Part shown: in pieces, positions 62,501-64,000 of the stretch | How the letters are laid out: each line of letters begins with the position of its first letter | How positions within the stretch are numbered: the stretch's first letter is position 1 | Source of the DNA: Daphnia carinata | Lineage: Eukaryota | Direction: 5' to 3' | DNA length: 64,000 nt | NCBI RefSeq assembly: GCF_022539665.2 | Contig: NC_081332.1 | Coordinates: forward strand, 1 to 64,000 | Made by a program: the position numbers and the translations under genes | Notes under the pieces: model-generated | What the model saw: the letters and a program-made list of their open reading frames with translations, nothing else | What the model was told of the DNA's origin: nothing | Database searches by the model: none

Positions 62501-63442
62501 GGTCCAGTCTACGCTGTTGTACACAACGGGGGGAGGAAAAACGAATGGGCCACCAACATCAACCGTCAAATGCCACAAACTAAAACTAAGCCAAACAACT
62601 ACTTCCTTATTGCCACAATGAATGGGGACGATCTTTTTTCTCTTTTCTCTTCTTCTTAAGTCAGCGGGAAAGGGAGAAATCGATTGTGCGAATATTGATC
62701 TGTGTTGTAGCGTAAAAAGAAAAAAGAAATAGAAACTAAAACAAAATAGAATGGCAGATCTTTTTTTTTCTTCCTCGGTTCATCTGCTAGCGTAGGAAAA
62801 GGAAGGCGGAATGGAACGTGAGTTTGACGGGATTATAAGACACGTTTGCCATCGACACCCTTATGCCTACCTATTTCAAACCTTTTGAATACACGCTGCA
62901 TGTGTACAGCGACAGCCTAAGGTTATTAAGCGGATAAAAAGACGAGGGGAAAACGGGGGATTACAACGTTGTAGGAAATTGAAAGGGGGCAGGGTAGGTA
63001 GGGAGATGGTGCGTCAGAGGCGTCCTCCAAGCTTCCGCGCGTGTAATATGCTATGCTTTGAGGTCAACAGCACTGGCTGGCGAAACTTTCCAATCAAACT
63101 TTCAACTTCTGTTGTTCTCATTTTCTCTGGTTGTGAAAATTCTCGAATGGGAAACAGCAGGCAATGCTGTGGCACACAATTCAGGTTTGACGGATGGCAA
63201 GCTTAAGGAAAAGGGAATCCCTGTGCCACGGAGCAGTTGTTCATTTTTCCTGATGAAGCAGTCAGACTGACAGCTTGTTAATTAGGCACTAGAGAAATAG
63301 CTTTTCGCCGAGGAGTATACCATTTTTCACTTTAAACCCATGTTGATGCAACAACTAGGTAAAGAAAGCACTGGCAAAATAAATATTAAACACAACATAT
63401 CTTACCCACTCCGATAGTTTTCTCAGACACGTAATTCCACAT
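39121..63442 (-). CDS. spg: Dedicator of cytokinesis DOCK-B (DOCK3/4, sponge-like) GEF: SH3, DHR-1/C2, DHR-2, Pro-rich tail; multi-exon
   Basis: Start [13 protein letters not shown] (ATG 63442); SH3 [59 protein letters not shown]-2 [62 protein letters not shown]; stop at 39121. One -1 frameshift at 45711-45714. Confidence 0.93.
49000..50398 (+). CDS. Innexin (Inx2-like) A, 418 aa, 2 coding exons (49000-49956, 50099-50398), nested in the DOCK intron
   Basis: [42 protein letters not shown] intron 49957-50098 joins in frame to [12 protein letters not shown]. Confidence 0.95.
51062..52144 (+). CDS. Innexin (Inx2-like) B, 360 aa, single coding exon, nested in the DOCK intron
   Basis: ATG 51062 just after a TTTTCAG acceptor aligns with the paralog starts; YYQWVPF, FPRVTKC, NEKIY. 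Confidence 0.94.
   Translation: MSVVRLFSVFATLLKVKLLQDKPVVDNAIFRLHYRFTCVFFLAASLLATAIDFFGKPIDCVIDKGVPYARILNTYCWIQHTFTVPLDELQISPGVGPDSNEKRFHSYYQWVPFVLFFQGMLFYLPHWIWKRFENGIVGGLTAGARRFDLKGQDATFSRPLLSNYLNETIGTHGHLGVAHVTCELFNLVNAIGNVYLIDLFLGGYFVDYGWKVLQQQSLDQEDRRDHMIETFPRVTKCTFHSYGPSGGVQRHDALCVLPVNVINEKIYVFAWFWLVLLAIVSLFALLYRLVVMVSPAVRHLALKRVGLTTCDQQSMVILSRRLPYPDCYLLILLGKNLQVAVYRDLLDDLAHYLDHSHLNC
53256..53263 (+). promoter_or_regulatory. Candidate TATA box for innexin C (non-coding exon 1, 5'UTR intron ~53479-54622)
   Basis: CTATATAA, then donor AG|GTAAC at 53479 and acceptor TTGCAG at 54622 just upstream of the ATG. Confidence 0.45.
54651..55844 (+). CDS. Innexin (Inx2-like) C, 397 aa, single coding exon, nested in the DOCK intron
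   Basis: ATG 54651 ([10 protein letters not shown]) aligns with the paralogs; [38 protein letters not shown]. Confidence 0.95.
   Translation: MSLIGLLGSFAGFVRVRFLHDKADIDNAVFRLHYRFTSAFFFAACVIITAFDLIGSPIDCITDDAISRPEVINTYCWIQHTFTLPGSSKLPGGKVVQYPQAFQGVGPAYEGQGERRIHSYYQWVPFVLFFQGILFYLPHWIWKQFEDGTVRNMTDGSRGLLLGWVAEDRKMRSSALSHYLQETLHTRGRLALVYIGCEVLNLVNVIGNIFFIDRFLNGAFLDYGTRVIQYSNMDQEDRDDVLIEVFPRMTKCTFHRYGSSGSIQTHDALCVLAWNIFNEKIYIFLWFWLILLSVLSALALAYRLVIVVSPIARLFVMRRVSSPSMDSAETVIRRVPFGDYFLIHMLGKNLEGFLFNGLIDDLAHRFTAGNDPNKINSSAGLESAPILSALYGSPGER
56484..56521. repeat. (GT)n microsatellite
   Basis: Near-perfect GT run. Shorter CA/GT runs at ~52892, ~53070-53125 and ~54427. Confidence 0.9.
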
Positions 63443-64000
63443 GGTGGGACATCACCCGCAGTGAATAAAAACTAAGTGCTATGGTGAACTATAACACGCA
63501 CAAATACGAAAGGTTTGCCAGTTTCATTATAACGAATGTTTTCAGGAGACTGTCACCAACACCAACAGAACAAACACAACACACACAAACAGCTGCCCCC
63601 TTTTCCAAGCAGTCGAAACAAATGCGAGAAGTTTACAAAGCCTATACTCACTAGCGGGAGTGCAGAGCTACAGGCCAGGCCAGCCTAGTTTTTATTTGAA
63701 GGTAAACTAAATTTTCTACGTTTTAAATATCAAAGCTATAAAAAGAAACAAAAATTTAAAAATTTAAAATAAAAGCCTGGATAATTTTTATTGTATAAGT
63801 AAATTTGGAATTTTTCAGAGTCACGGTAAAACAGAAATGAACAAAGGTGGCCCTGCTGGCATCAAGCATAATCTGGGGTTGCAGCTGCCATCTAGTAACG
63901 GGTACCAGTAGCTGCTTTCAGTATAATCTTGATTCGAATAGAGGAGCTCCAAAGCAGAAAGATCCTAAGGAGAAAAACTGGTAGGTTAAGCAAGTATTCA

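Noticed and set aside
57443..63270. F/K-rich ORFs in DOCK introns
   Set aside because: Produced by poly-A/T tracts and microsatellites.

Overview
Eukaryotic DNA, most likely an arthropod. Short introns, long homopolymers and an innexin cluster suggest a Daphnia-like crustacean (inference). (1) 1-27609 is a homogeneous tandem array of a ~1332-bp unit: 20 full units plus 1 partial, running off the left edge. Each unit carries tRNA-Val(AAC), tRNA-Asn(GTT), a degenerate tRNA-Val(CAC), and a tRNA with a tRNA-Lys(CTT) body but a GTT (Asn) anticodon, identical in all 21 copies. That gene has no Pol III terminator of its own and appears co-transcribed with tRNA-Val. It is the main candidate for an undescribed system: an amplified Lys-to-Asn anticodon-switched tRNA. 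(2) 28675-36519 (-): intact, ~29-exon vitellogenin-like gene. (3) 37436-38311 (-): five-exon TAX1BP3/TIP-1 PDZ gene, absent from the ORF track. (4) 39121-63442 (-): DOCK3/4 (sponge-like) GEF. It has three innexin genes nested antisense in one 10-kb intron, a candidate 18-nt microexon, a GC-AG intron, and a 1-nt homopolymer frameshift (probably an assembly error). All calls come from reading the sequence by eye; no searches were run.
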